From Lama guanicoe (taxonomy: Eukaryota), in NCBI GenBank assembly GCA_013239625.1, contig MU053758.1, forward strand, positions 2,108,001 through 2,172,000: DNA of 64,000 bases, given 5' to 3'. The notes beneath the pieces were generated by a model. That model did not search any database. It was not told where the DNA came from and worked only from the letters and a program-made list of their open reading frames with translations. Within the stretch, counting starts at the first letter, position 1; every line of letters starts with the position of its first letter. Both the position numbers and the translations under genes were made by a program. Positions 51,656-63,980 of this stretch are shown here, piece after piece.

Positions 51656-54600
51656 CCACCAAGACCATTTTCTGAGGCAGAGGGAAGAAACAGCTTCCTT
51701 CCCTTACTTTCTTCAGCTGTTTGGAGCCTGTTATTTCATGCAGGAACTGACTCAGAAGGAGCCTCTGACTAGACATGGGAAAGAATTCCCAGGGGGAATC
51801 AGTGGTACTGGGGACCAAGGAAAGCCAGGGAAGTCGGTGGGCCCTGGGGTCTTGGGCATTAGAAGCCTGAGATGGGGCAGGGCTGGGTCCCATGACCTCT
51901 GGCTGTCCTTTCTGGCCTGCAGCCTTCGTGTTTCAGACCTGTCTTTCATGAACTAAGTCTGAGTCATTGTCTCAATGCCGACAACTCCCACTGCAGTGGT
52001 TCAGGGATGGAGCAGGAGCAACTGGGCAAGCTTCCCTTGGAGGAGGACAAACACTAACCCATCTTAGATTTGGAGGGCAGAAATGAGGCGTGGGCAGAGC
52101 AAGGGTCGAGGTGCTGCAGGAGGATGAGTGGCAGTCACTCTCAGAAGGGCTCCCAGACTGGAAGTCGTAATAGAGCTACGAGGGGGCCTCTTACTAGGAC
52201 AGTTGAGTGAGTGAGTGTGGGCAGGGCTCTCAGGAACCTGGGGATAGAGGGATGGACCAGATGACTCCAAATCTGCCTATGGTACAATGCCCAGCACATT
52301 AAGAGAGCTTGGTCCTCATTCCTGGTTTGCCCTTTTTCCTTGTTCTGTGACCTTGGGCAGAGAGCTGTCCATCTCTGGAGGGTCTTTGGTCTTCTATTCA
52401 GATTGGCAGAATTGGACTATATTAGTTTGAAACGGAAGTTGGATTAAATGCGGGCAATAATTGTATATCTCTTAGTGTTCTCTCGAGGATTGAATGAGTC
52501 GATATATATATAAAGAGCTGGACATATTAAGGACATGATGAATAGTTATTACTATTTAATTTTTTAAAATTTAAGGACTCTTAATCTTAGTCTTGGAGAT
52601 GAGTTTCAGGGAGTTCATGAAATCCTTGAAGATATATAAAATTTTGGAGAATAAGCATTTTCTAGGGGAAAATTCACAGCATTCACCTGCTCCTCAGAGA
52701 ATCTAAGATCCCCAAAAGATTAAAAACCACTGGTCTGAATAACCCCAGGGCCCCTCCACTCCAAAGGGTTGATTCTCTGATGTGAGGGATTGCTTCCTCC
52801 CTAAGGACTGACCTATTTTCTCCCATAAGCACCTTCACTTCAAGCCCCTCCCTGCTGTGGCCTCTGCCCCTATGCGTTGCCAAGAACAGCCCAAGCCAAA
52901 CACATGAGTAGCTGGCCTTTTCTTCCAGCTTTAGAACTGGGGCTCCTAGGGCAGAGGAGTTTGTTATGGTTGAGGCTAAGTCTGGGTTCTCATTTCCCAG
53001 CTGGGGAGAGAGAGAGGGCCCAGGCTCAGCTGAGCCGGGGATGCAGAGAACACAGTGAGAGGCCTGGCCTGGCCTGGTCTCCCCTACCTCCCCTTGCCAG
53101 CCCACCCAGGCCCCAGAGGTAGATACCACTCCAGTGAGCTAAGGCCCATGGCAGGCATCAGTAATTATGATTTTATGGAAATATAGAAGGCTCTTACGCA
53201 AGTGCCTGACACACTTCCCGGCTGTGGCATCTGGGACAGCCAGGTCCCCAGGGGCTGGAGGAGGGCCCCTCCACCCCCTGCTGCTACCAACCTCAGGACA
53301 CTGGCATAGAGCCGCCCTCCCACTCCCTGTGGCATTGTCCCTAACACGTCCTGGGTGAGCTGTTCCCTCTCTCTGTGCCCTAGGCTCCCTGGAGGGGAAC
53401 AACATGGGCTCCAGTGTCTACAACCCCTCCCCCCACCCCCACCCCCACCAAGCCAAGGCCGCCCAGAAGACCTGTTCTCATGGGTGGGGGCTACTGGTGT
53501 TGGGGATGTTTCCCTCTCCTCCATGAGGAAAGCTCCTCTTTCCAAGAAGCTGTTCTCTTCTATTCTGTTTCTTTTCTCCTTGAGGCCGTAGACAGGGCTG
53601 ACAGCAGCCTGTGTATGTGTGTGTAGGGGGGTAGGTCATAGGCCCTGGCTGCCCCTCCCCAGGCTCTATGCCCGTTTGCCCACTCTCACTTCCTATATCT
53701 CAAATAGCATCCGAAGCCACTGCTATCTTTCTCTAGTCCATTCCCTGTACCCACCCACAAAGAGTCTGTTACCAAGGTAACAGAAATGGCATTACTTTGG
53801 GGTGAGCAAGGAAGTGGAGCCCAGTGGATGGCGCAGGGCTGTTAGGGGTTAGAATTTTGGAAATATGAGCACTGAGAGCCCCCAGATTCTTAAAAGTGGA
53901 TATTTCCATGCAGAGGGACCCTGGGCACAGACTAGGGTGCAGGGTGCTGCTTAGAGCTGGCGGAAAAGAGGGAGGATGAAGTCTGGAAGCAACTGGATCT
54001 GGGTGTTCTGGAGAAGGTGAATCTGGCTTACTCAATGGCAGAAGCAGGAGGGTAGTGATGCCAAGGAGATGTTACGGCAAGGAGAGTGGAATGCCTTTAA
54101 CTCCTCCCTTGGGGTTCAGCTTGTTAACTCCTCCTGGGGAGAGGTTTTCTGGCTGGGAGAGTCTTGACCCAGTTGAAGCAGCAGCTGGGGAACCTGGGGG
54201 CAGCCTGGGCCCACAGCGCCCCCTGCAGACTACACAGAGAGCAGCACTGGATGTCTTCCTGTTGGGGTGGGGGGTGTAGTCCGGGCCTTGGAGGGTCTAC
54301 ATTTGAGATGTCTAAACTGTGAGGTCCTACTAAATGTCTAGAGAGGTTCTGGGCACCAGGGGTGCCTGATTCCTGCGTTTGAGGCCCTCCTGTAAATCCT
54401 GACCCAGAGAGGGTCTCTCTGAGCAGACTTGGGTGTAGGGAACAGTGGGGACAGAGGAGTGCTACAAACTGAGTGACACAGGCCATCTAGAGGCCTGGAA
54501 GGCAGAGAGGCCAGAGTATCCCAGGCAGAGGGAACAGCCTGGGCCAAGGCTCAGAAGTGTGAAACAGAACAGCCTGGTCTGGCAGCTGCAGGTAAGCAAG

Positions 54601-54816
54601 GGAGAGAAGGAGTGGTGAGAGGGAAAGGCAGAAATAAGTGGACAAACGGCCTTGGATACTGGGCCAGGAAGATGGGTTTTCCTGCACAAAGGAGCTTCTC
54701 AGACGCACTCACTGGGGCCCAGGTAAGTAATCCAGGTGAACCATGGAGGTATGGGGGGTGGGGTGGGGGTGCGGATAGGCAAAATGTTTCACTCAGAACC
54801 TGAACGGAACTTAAAG

Positions 54817-54947
54817 GGGGGAGGGTATAGCTCAAGTGGTAGAGTGTATGCTTAGCATACACAAGGTCCTGGGTTCAATCTCCAGTACCTCCTCTAAAAA
54901 TAAATAAATAAGTAAACCTAACTGCCCCCAACCAAGGAAAAAAAAAA
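54817..54947 (+). mobile_element. tRNA-derived SINE (Vic-1-like)
   Basis: gggagggtatagctcaagtggtagag...gggttcaatctccagtacctcc...aaataaataagtaaacctaa; flanked by gaactt[ag]aag. Confidence 0.85.
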
Positions 54948-56149
54948 GAACTTGAAGAGAATTTAAAGACATGGCTCTATATTAAATGTGCAAGACTTGC
55001 TTTTGACTCCAAGAATTTTCATGTTAGTTTTCCTACAAAAAATGATTTTAAGCACTAACCATTGTATGCCACAGATGCCCTGGAAGATGCACCCTGGTTC
55101 CCCAGGAGTTTCCACAGCACAGCTTGAGAATGGCTCTGAGAGTGATGGGGGGGCCGTGGGCTTCTCCACGGAGGAGTGGTACAGTCATTCCTGTGTCTTA
55201 GGGAGATCCTTCTGGCTTTCAAGGGTGGCAAAATAGAAACAGAGAGCTAGAAAGGTGGGGTCTTAGGGTCCTCTGGCCAAAGGCTTCACTGTGAGGATGG
55301 CCTAGAAGCAGTACTGTGTCTTGGTCTGGATGATTGGCAGGGGTGCAGGGCACTGAGGCTCCAGCCCACTCTCACTAGCTGATAACCTTGGACACATTGC
55401 ACACCTGTTTCCTGGACTGTAATGGGGGAACTTCTCCCTCGTAGGGTGGTGGTAACGTGCAGTGGGACCTGGAGGATGGCACAGCCTTAAATCCTCAGGG
55501 CAAGCTGCTTCCCTTGCCTACAATGCCTTTCTCTCCCTCCTGCAGCTTTCACCACGTGCTGCTCATCCCAAGGGAACGCCCAAGTCAGAGCCACACCCAA
55601 GGAGACAAAAATCCTGTTTCCTGCCCCTTCTGCTGTCTTCAGTCCCTCCACCCTCATCTAGCAAAACCCCAGCAGCCCAGCCACTGTCAATCATATTACT
55701 CATCCTCAGGGCTCACAGCCCAGGAGAGGAACAGAAAGTATTTTATCCCCTTTTTGCAGCTGGAGAGCCTGAAAGCTCAGGAAGGCCAGAGGTCACTGCC
55801 TTCATTGGAATTCAGGTTCTGGGTTCTGATACTTCTTTGAGAGCTTCTTTTTTTTTTTTTAGCCCTTTTATTTTAGACCTATAAGTAAGGATGCCAAGAC
55901 CAACAATCACCAGCTGCCCAAATACCAAAAAATCATGCTTCCAAAATCTCTTAATGTCAAGTTTGCATGAGGAGCAATCAAGCTGCCCTACGTGGTGTGC
56001 CACTCATGACAGAAGCCCATGAGGAACACTTCCCCATCAGCCCTTCTTTCTTTGGGGAACAGGTAGTAGACCTCATTCTCCAGCTCTCCAGGTTGGAATG
56101 TTGCCTGGATATTCATTTTAGTTCCAGTCACATTTATCAGGCAGAATAT

Positions 56150-56290
56150 AGGGGCATGATACAGTCATTAGGAGGAAGGCCTGAGTTCAAACACTTAGCT
56201 GTGTGACCTTGAGATAGCTTCTTAACCTCCCTGAGCCTCAGTTTCCTCATCTGTATAATGGGGCATGATAATAGAATAATAGAAAAAAAT
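56150..56290 (+). mobile_element. MIR SINE
   Basis: ctgtgtgaccttgag...cttaacctccctgagcctcagtttcctcatctgtataatgggg MIR core. Confidence 0.7.
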
Positions 56291-58770
56291 AACATTTACC
56301 TTAGAAGGTGGACTGAAAAGCACTCTGAAGTCATACTGGGCACGAAAGAACTCTTTATTAAGTAAGCAGACCCTCTACTCTTACAGGTGTTATAGACATA
56401 AATCTATACTTTTAAGTGTTAAATAAATAAACCTGTATGATATACAAGGCTCTGGGGATACATAGAGAAAAAGATACCTTCATTTACTAAGGCCTCAGTA
56501 TCTCATTCAGTTTTCACTGTAGCCCTATTGAGTAGAGGCTCTCATTATCCCCCTTTTATAGTTGCACCGTGAAACTCAGAAAGGTTAAGTTACTTACCCA
56601 AAGCCACACAGCTGTGCCGGCACTAAGAGTCTATCTCGAGAAACATACTTTTAACCCCAACATTAACATACCTCTTGGTCCCTACCCTCAAGGGGCTTCT
56701 ACTTTGATGGGAAATCAGACATTAGACAAAGTACACAAAGAGTCAACTGCCCATCGGATAACTGCTATGAAGGAATTTGGTGAAGGGCAGATACAGGACA
56801 TAAGGAACATAAATGCGAGCTGGCTGAGCTGGAGGGAGGGTTTTAAGGAAGCAGTAAGTTTGAAGTGTGAACAGAGTACCTTTCCAAGGTGAGACATATT
56901 GGTGGTGGAGAGGGACTCTCAGGAATAAAGGACTGAGGGGTTTAGAGCCCAATCCTTTAGGCCAGTGTTCTGTTGAACTCTAGGGGGCGCTGTTTAACAT
57001 GATGCCCTGTGGAGCTGTGCGCCCAGGGGCCTCAGAGACAGCTTGCTGGGAAAAGGCACCACCCTCCTGGGGTAGGGGCATTTGTGTACACAGACACACA
57101 GACCACACAGGGATTGCCGTATGGTGGTGTCTGCTCCGTGTGTGTATGTGTCTGAAAAATCGTGTTCTCATTCTTTTTAAAAATCATTTCAGTGCCCAAA
57201 CTTTTGACCGCTAGTGTGGGGGTAGCAGGGGTGCCTGAGCCCTGGAGAGGGCAGGATTCCATCCACCTAGGTACCCTGCCCTAGGTCCCACACACTAGTA
57301 TGAAGGAGGGAGAGAGAACATGGTCCATAGTAGGTACACAATAGCATTTTGCTGAATGAATGCATGAGGAACCCTTCGCTCAGCCCCTCTTTCTCTGAAG
57401 CAGCAGTAGACCTCACTCTCCAGCTCTCCAGATTACAGAGTTGCCTGGCATAGAAAACAAAACAACATACTGCATTTTGATTAGGGGAGAAGGACACTGG
57501 GTTGTTATTTCTCAATGATTTTCACAGTTAAATAGTTATTTCCTTGGCTTAGGGAAACGCAAAGAGTTTTATTAGGATCAAGTTATGCCATGGCCTAGAA
57601 AATGATAGAGATTTTTGGGTAAGAAAAAGTCCATTAAAAAAAAAAAAAAACCTGCCCGAAAGAATAATTCCTGAAATTGTCTGTGTGTGGGGAAGTTTCT
57701 GGGACAGTCAGATCTGTACCCCCAGAATTAAGCTGTGGTGGGAACACCAGGGTCCTTGGTGGTGTCCCTCCCTACCCCAAGGGGAGCTCCTGAAGATTAA
57801 GCCCTGGGATACGATGAACTCCACAGAATTTTCTTGGATCCTCACTGCCAAACTGAGTGGGAGGGAGGCCTTGCTCCCATTTTCCAGATGAGGAAAGTGG
57901 GTTCAGAAATGTACCCCTGCCTCATGGAGGCCCTGGACTACCCAGAGCCTGAAACTCCTCTGAGAGTGGGGGGCCTGGACCAGGTTTCCTATGGTCTCTC
58001 TCTGGGCCTAAGGATGGGCTTTTCAGATCCTGTGCTGTGCTGGCCCAGGAGGCAAAGTGAAAGAGAAAGAGTGGGGTCATGGGAACTGGGAGGAGCCAGG
58101 CCCTATTTGCCTCAAGCCCCACTTTTTTCTGTAGAGAGAGCTGTGGAAAACCAGGAACTGGCCTAGTAACATCTCTTTGAAGACAGAGGCTCAGAGACTC
58201 TGAAATGGGTGGAAGGAGGCAGTAGCAGGTAGAGTAGGGTGGAGGTGGCACTCAGAGGGCAACGGGGAGGATACAGACAGCTTTAGATGGAGGGGACTGG
58301 GTTATAGAGCTGGAGTCCCACTCCCTTGACCGGCTCCTGGTGGTGTTCTTGAAGGGGGCCCACACCAGCCTCTACCTTTTCTACCTCCACTCTCCATAAC
58401 AATCCTCCCCCAAACACCGCCCTCCCCAACCTCCCCTGCCAGCTCATCCCCTCTGCCCGACCTGCCCCTGCTCCCCGCAGGCTGGGGCCAACCCAGACCC
58501 CGCCTACTTCCCTTCTCCTGACCTTCCTGGGATTGTGCTTTGTTCAACCTTGGAGGGTCCTATGGGGGGGTCTCTTGGCCTTGAATCCAACTTTGGGCAG
58601 TGGGTGGGCTCTTGAAGCCTTGGGGATCTTATTTTGGGGAACTTGGGGACTCAGGCTTCTTTGGCCCTCACTCGCAGGAATGTTCCTATCCCCTTTTTCT
58701 CCTTTTGTCTGGCTTCATGGGAGAAGAACGTATGTACGGGACTAAGGGCCAGGTATCTGGACGTGCCCTG

Positions 58771-58772
<2 letters not shown>

Positions 58773-58805
<33 letters not shown>

Positions 58806-58810
58806 TGTGT
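58773..58810. repeat. (GT)n microsatellite
   Basis: Direct inspection. Confidence 0.95.
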
Positions 58811-59689
58811 TTAGGACATACTCTGGTTTTCCCTCTTCCCCCAGGGAGGCCCCCCAGAATCACAAAGCCTGGATAGGTAGGGTCACATGAGGCCAGGCCA
58901 CATCTTTAGAGCACAGTTTGGTATCTGTTTATACCAAACACAATAGTTGGGGTGGGGTGTGCAGGGAGCTGGGGCTGACTGTGTACAGTGACAACAGGGG
59001 CTGAGCCTGGCGGAGGAAGCCATCCCCCAGGCAGGCTGTATTTGTCCATAAACACAGTCCACTCCAGGCCCCAGGGCAGAGGAGGGGGCCATGAAAGCAG
59101 CCCAGCTAGAGTTCCTCTCCTTCCACCTCCCTGGGAGGCGGCACTCCCAGGCACACACACCCTTGTCCTCACAGGCACTCTCCCCCACTCTCCGAGTTGT
59201 TTCCACAGCAAGATGGACTATGTTCTGTAAACTCCAATCCCCTAGCCAGGTAGCCCCCAGTGACAGGACAGATGTCTGGCCATCACTGCACCTGTGTGTA
59301 TGTGGCGGGGAGGGTTAGAGGGGAGGGGAGAGGCCAGGGGGAGCAAAGCCCCTTTGTAGGTCCATGTGATGCAGCTTGTCCTGTCCCCTGGAGTGGTCAG
59401 GCTCCTGCCATGCAGTCATGTGAGGGGTCCAGCCTGTGGTCTCTGGGACTTTACATTGCTCATGGTTCTGGGGCCCATCATTTAGTCTGAAGGTGCCCCC
59501 TCATTGTTCCTGGGCCTGTTGGGTAATGGAGGGGGACGTGGATGTCCATCCCTGTGACTTTGTTTTGCTGCACCACCATGTCCCCTTAGAGTTAATGATT
59601 GGTGGGAGCCCTGGGGACATCCGATCTTGATTCCCCCCAAATTGGGCCGCCTGATAGGTCCTGAGTTTCCTAGAGCCCTGGCTGCTCAG

Positions 59690-59747
59690 CCAATAAGAGG
59701 CCGAGGGCTTTCCCCCACCCTTTTGTGGGTATATTTTTGTGTATAAA
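59690..59747 (+). promoter_or_regulatory. CCAAT + TATA core promoter of the CP2/LSF-family gene
   Basis: CCAAT 59690-59694 and TATAAA 59742-59747, about 95 nt before the ATG at 59839. Confidence 0.6.
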
Positions 59748-59838
59748 CCCTGCAGCCCCAGGTGGATGCAGTGGGTCCAGCCCAACCCAGTGCTGAGCTC
59801 TCTGCATGCGAAGCAGCTGGTCCTGCTCCCTTTCCAAG

Positions 59839-59921
59839 ATGCTGTTTTGGCACAACCAACAAGAGCACCTGTGGCCCAGCCCTGGGGAACTGTACCCGGG
59901 GCCGCCAAGCAGCTTGCTCAG
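59839..59921 (+). CDS. TFCP2L1-like (CP2/LSF family) gene, coding exon 1 (MLFWHNQQEHLWPSPGELYPGPPSSLL)
   Basis: aagATGc start; MLFWH..EH N-terminus like TFCP2L1; phase-2 AG/GTAAGG donor. Confidence 0.85.
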
Positions 59922-60413
59922 GTAAGGGTCAGATCCCCTTCCCCCAGCCCCCGAGAAAGCCCCTCATCTGAGTTGTGATGGACATGGTAGGCTCATCTGT
60001 TTCAAGCCAAGGGTTATGGGCTTCCTGCTCCTGGGTTCCTTTAAGGGGTGATCAAATGTACTTGGGGTTTAGTGGGTCCTGGGACATCTCAAAACACCCC
60101 GACCATCCACCCACTCAGGACACTTGGGTCAGGCAATTACTGGGTGTCAGGCAAGACCTGAAGTTGCAAAACAAGTAATTGATGGCAGATATTTGCAAGT
60201 GTCTACTAGTACCTGGGATTTGCACCTTTTAAGGAAGAGCTCCTGGAGGCCAGAGGAGCTAGATGTGGACCCACCTCTTAGGCCCCTGCGGTGCCTGCAG
60301 TGGCAAACTGTGGACTCCCTGGTAGAGGGAGGATCTGGCAGAAAGAGTCAAAGCTTCTCAGGGGATGGGGTGGACAGGGCAGAAAGCCAGCAGTGCCCTC
60401 CTTTCCCTGGCAG

Positions 60414-60565
60414 GGAGCCCTTGCCCTTGCCCTACCTGAAGCAGGAAGAGCTGCCCAGCATCCCCAGCGCAGAACCACCCTGCCCTGCGTTCCAGTATGT
60501 GCTCTGTGCAGCCACCTCGCCGGCTGTGAAGCAGCAGGAGGAGACCTTAACCTATTTGAACCAGG
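60414..60565 (+). CDS. TFCP2L1-like exon 2 ([14 protein letters not shown]...[25 protein letters not shown])
   Basis: CP2 domain signature; 152 nt; CAG/GTATGC. Confidence 0.93.
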
Positions 60566-60702
60566 GTATGCTGGACCTGGGGAAAAGAAGGGGCTAGTGG
60601 GGCAGCAAGTTCGGGAGGCTGGGCCCAGGGTGGGCTAGGGGTGACAAGCACTACCTCTGCTTCTCAGAATGGGGCTCCACACATCCCCTTAATCTCTCCC
60701 AG

Positions 60703-60767
60703 GCCAGTCCTATGAGGTACGAATGCTCTGCAACACCAAGCTGGGCTATGCCACCCGGCTGCTAAAG
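60703..60767 (+). CDS. TFCP2L1-like exon 3 (GQSYEVRMLCNTKLGYATRLLK)
   Basis: GQSYE motif; CAG/GTAGGT; frame preserved. Confidence 0.9.
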
Positions 60768-61522
60768 GTAGGTGCATCCCCTCCCAGAACCGGCAAAGGC
60801 TGGGTATGATTGTCCATCTGGGCAGGAAGCCAGGGTCATCACTGTGGTGTCACTGTCAAGCAGAATCCTCTCAAGTGCACCTTTTAATTTGATCTTCACA
60901 ACAGCTCAGTGGTGGGCAGGAATTGTTGAGGAAACAGGCACAGAGGGGTTGAGTATTTTCTCAAGAACACAGAGTCAGTAAGTAGCAGAACCAGAAATAC
61001 ATGTACATAGCATTATTCACATGCATGATTCCTTCTCTCTCTCTCTGTCTCAAAAAAAGTGTTTAGCTCTCATTCTTGGCCAGAAATTGTTCTATGAGCT
61101 AGAGATTCAGGGGCAAAGAGACAGATGTGGTTTCCTTCCTCAGGGGGCTTGCATTTTACTGAGTGAGACAAACATGTAATTATACAAATTATATGCAATT
61201 GCAAATTGATTTACAAATCACAAACTGATAAGTACTGCGAAGAGAACCAGGTAGAGTGACTAGAATGGGAAGGGATTAACTTCTCCATTTTACAGATGAT
61301 GAAACTGAGGCTGTTTCTCTGGGTTAATTCCTCAGTTTCAAGCTTGTGAGTGGCAGGTGGGCATCTGGACACAGATCCAGTGATTCTAAGTCTTTATACC
61401 CCTGGGGGTGGGAAGAAAGGTGGGGGACAGGGCAGAATGGTTGGCCCTGGGGCAGGTGGGACCTGGTTCCCAAATGTCCAGGTGCCCTCTGACCTGTGAG
61501 CCGCGCCCTCCTGCGCCCGCAG

Positions 61523-61628
61523 AGTGTGGTGCGTGTGGTGTTCCACGACCGGCGCCTGCAGTACACGGAACAGCAGCAGCTGGATGGGTGGAGGTGGAGC
61601 CGGCCCGGGGACCGCATCCTGGACATAG
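61523..61628 (+). CDS. TFCP2L1-like exon 4 ([35 protein letters not shown])
   Basis: CP2 DNA-binding domain; CAG/GTGAAC. Confidence 0.95.
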
Positions 61629-61736
61629 GTGAACGGGGAGGGACTGGGGACCCTTTAGGGCTACTTTCTGTCTTAGAAGCCCTTGTGGATGAGGAGGGCT
61701 GAGACTCGCTCCCTGCCTGCCACCCTGTGCCTGCAG

Positions 61737-61843
61737 ATGTGCCACTGTCTGTAGGAGTGATGGAACCCCAAGTGCTGCCCTCACAACTCAACACGGTGGA
61801 GTTTTACTGGGACCCGACCAAGAGGACCTCCCTCTTCCTGCAG
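61737..61843 (+). CDS. TFCP2L1-like exon 5 ([36 protein letters not shown])
   Basis: CP2 DNA-binding domain; CAG/GTGAGC. Confidence 0.95.
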
Positions 61844-61969
61844 GTGAGCTTGAAGCTGGGACAGGGAGGAGGCTGGAGGTCAGATGGGGGTGGCAGCATT
61901 CTGGTGTACTAGAAAAGTAAGGTGAGTTTGGGTAGGGGTGAGGGGACAATAAGAATGAATTACTTCCAG

Positions 61970-63000
61970 AAAGCACCTTGAGGAAAAAAGATGGATAAAT
62001 GTTTATCAAATCTTACCATAGGGAAGGACTTATTAAACATTAAAGTAATGGAAGAAACCTTAAAATGGAGGACAGAATTTAGCTTCATAAAAAGTAACAG
62101 CCTGCAATACATAGGCAAAATGAAAAGGAGAATCAAATGGGAAAAATAGTTGCCACATTTGACATATAATATGATATTCAAAATATATAAAAAGTTCTCA
62201 TATATCAGTAAGAAAAGATAGATGAACACTCAGGACAAAAATGGGCAAAGGATAGGAGCAATTTATAAAGAAGGATATAAATTGCCAATAAATGTAGACA
62301 GTTCAAACTAATAAACTCCAAATGCTAATTAAAATTACATATTTTTTTTTTTGACTGGCAAAGACTTTTCAAAAACCACTATTGGTAAGGTTTGGAGAAA
62401 GAGACACCCTCATATCCTGAGAACACAAATTGGTGCACCCATTCTGTGGGTACGTGGCACTTCGGCAAATCTTACCGAATGTAATGTTCATACTCATTTA
62501 CCCAGTAGTTCCACTTCAAGAAATCTATCCTATAGCTGTGTCTAATAAGTACACAAGGATATATTTACCAGCTATTCAAGCATCATTTCAAGCTATTCAG
62601 CATCATTTTGCATATTAAAAGATTTTTTAAAAATCCAAATGTCCATCAGAAGAGGACTGACTTTGAAATAAGTTTTAGTGCGGGTTTACAATGGAAACTG
62701 GGTAGCCATTAAAATGATGTCTCTGAGAAATATTTCATGACCAGAGAAACAGCTTTCTTATAAGGCAGAATACAAACCTGTATTTAACATTTGATTTCTA
62801 TTTTGTACAAATAAAAGTGTGTGTATACACAAATTTTTTTCTTCTTGCCCAGAGAAAAGGTAGAAATAATACTTGAATGTTAACAGTACTATCTCTGAGA
62901 GGTGGAGTGATGGGAGATGCCTGTATTCTTCTTTATGCTTGTTCAATGTTCTCCGTATTTTCTGTGTTGAAAATATTTCCTTCTTATAATCAAACAATAT
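61970..63000 (+). mobile_element. Old L1 (L1M) 3' fragment in intron 5 of the CP2-like gene
   Basis: AT-rich, L1 ORF2-end/3'UTR-like motifs (aaaaatgggcaaagga, ccaaatgtccatca, gtagccattaaaa); approximate. Confidence 0.65.
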
Positions 63001-63250
63001 TGTCAAAAGTCTCCTGTAAGTCCCTTTTTTGAGTGCCCACCATCGTCTAAGCATCAGGACTAGGAGCCGAACAGATGTGGCACCATTTCAGTTTCACCAC
63101 TTCCTAGCACAGACCTTGCCCAGGTCACATAATCTCTGTGAGCCTTGGTTTCTCTCCCTTGAAGTTTGGACCTTTAGCTGTTCCTCTTATGATTGTGGTG
63201 GTGGGGTGGGGTATAGTGGGCGTGCCAGTCAGCAAGGCTTCTTGGAACAG

Positions 63251-63428
63251 ACTGCTAGATATTAGCAAATGAAATACAGGACACTCAGTTAAATTTGAAT
63301 TTTAGATAAAGGATTTTTTAGTGTATCTTCCATGTGATACTTGGGACATACTTAGACTAAAAAATTATTTGTTGCTTATCAGAAATTTAGATTTAACTGG
63401 GCATCCTGCATTTTAACTGGCAACCCTA
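63251..63428. mobile_element. MER53-like palindromic MITE
   Basis: ttagcaaatgaaatacaggacactcagttaaatttgaatt...aaatttagatttaactgggcatcctgcattttaactggcaaccct; internal inverted symmetry. Confidence 0.75.
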
Positions 63429-63827
63429 TCCTAGAATGGGCTGTATTGGCTCAGGTGTGAACAGGGAGAGCTTTCCCAGCAGAGGGCGCTAGGGAAAGCC
63501 ATGAAGGTGTATTGGGGGCCATGATTAGGCTGGCTGGGTGGTTCAGTGGGTTCACTGATGGGACAGAGAGAACAGCCGTGCAGAAAGGCTTGACTTGGCT
63601 CTTTAAGGTGCTTGAACTTTGCTTCTCATCCCGTAACCTTGGGGAGCACTGGAGGATTTTGAATAAGGGAAAGAACCCAATAAAATTACACTTTAAGAAT
63701 AGACACTGGTTGAGGAATGGAAAGTTGCCGCGATTAGCGGCTGACAGGTGATAGGCAGGTAACCAGTTTCAGGTGAAATCCCTTGCATGTGGATGGGACC
63801 TGGAGTCATCCTACTTTTCCATCTCAG

Positions 63828-63980
63828 GTTCACTGCATCAGCACTGAGTTCACTCCTCGGAAAAAAGGTGGAGAGAAAGGTGTCCCCTTCCGCCTCCAGA
63901 TCGACACTTTCAAGCCCAGTGACAAGGAACTTCCGCCCGAGCACCTGCATTCGGCTGGCTGCCTCATCAAGGTGTTTAAG
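63828..63980 (+). CDS. TFCP2L1-like exon 6 ([29 protein letters not shown]...[13 protein letters not shown]); gene continues off-window
   Basis: CP2 DNA-binding domain; 153 nt; CAG/GTACAG. Confidence 0.95.

Noticed and set aside
59739..59978. ORF MYKPCSPRWMQWVQPNP... as first exon
   Set aside because: It reaches the donor in phase 0, which is incompatible with exon 2; the MLFWH frame from 59839 fits both phase and homology.
59839..63980. Calling the gene TFCP2L1 or a GRHL gene
   Set aside because: The motifs are LSF-type rather than GRHL-type, and both sequence and synteny differ from recalled TFCP2L1, so no symbol is assigned.
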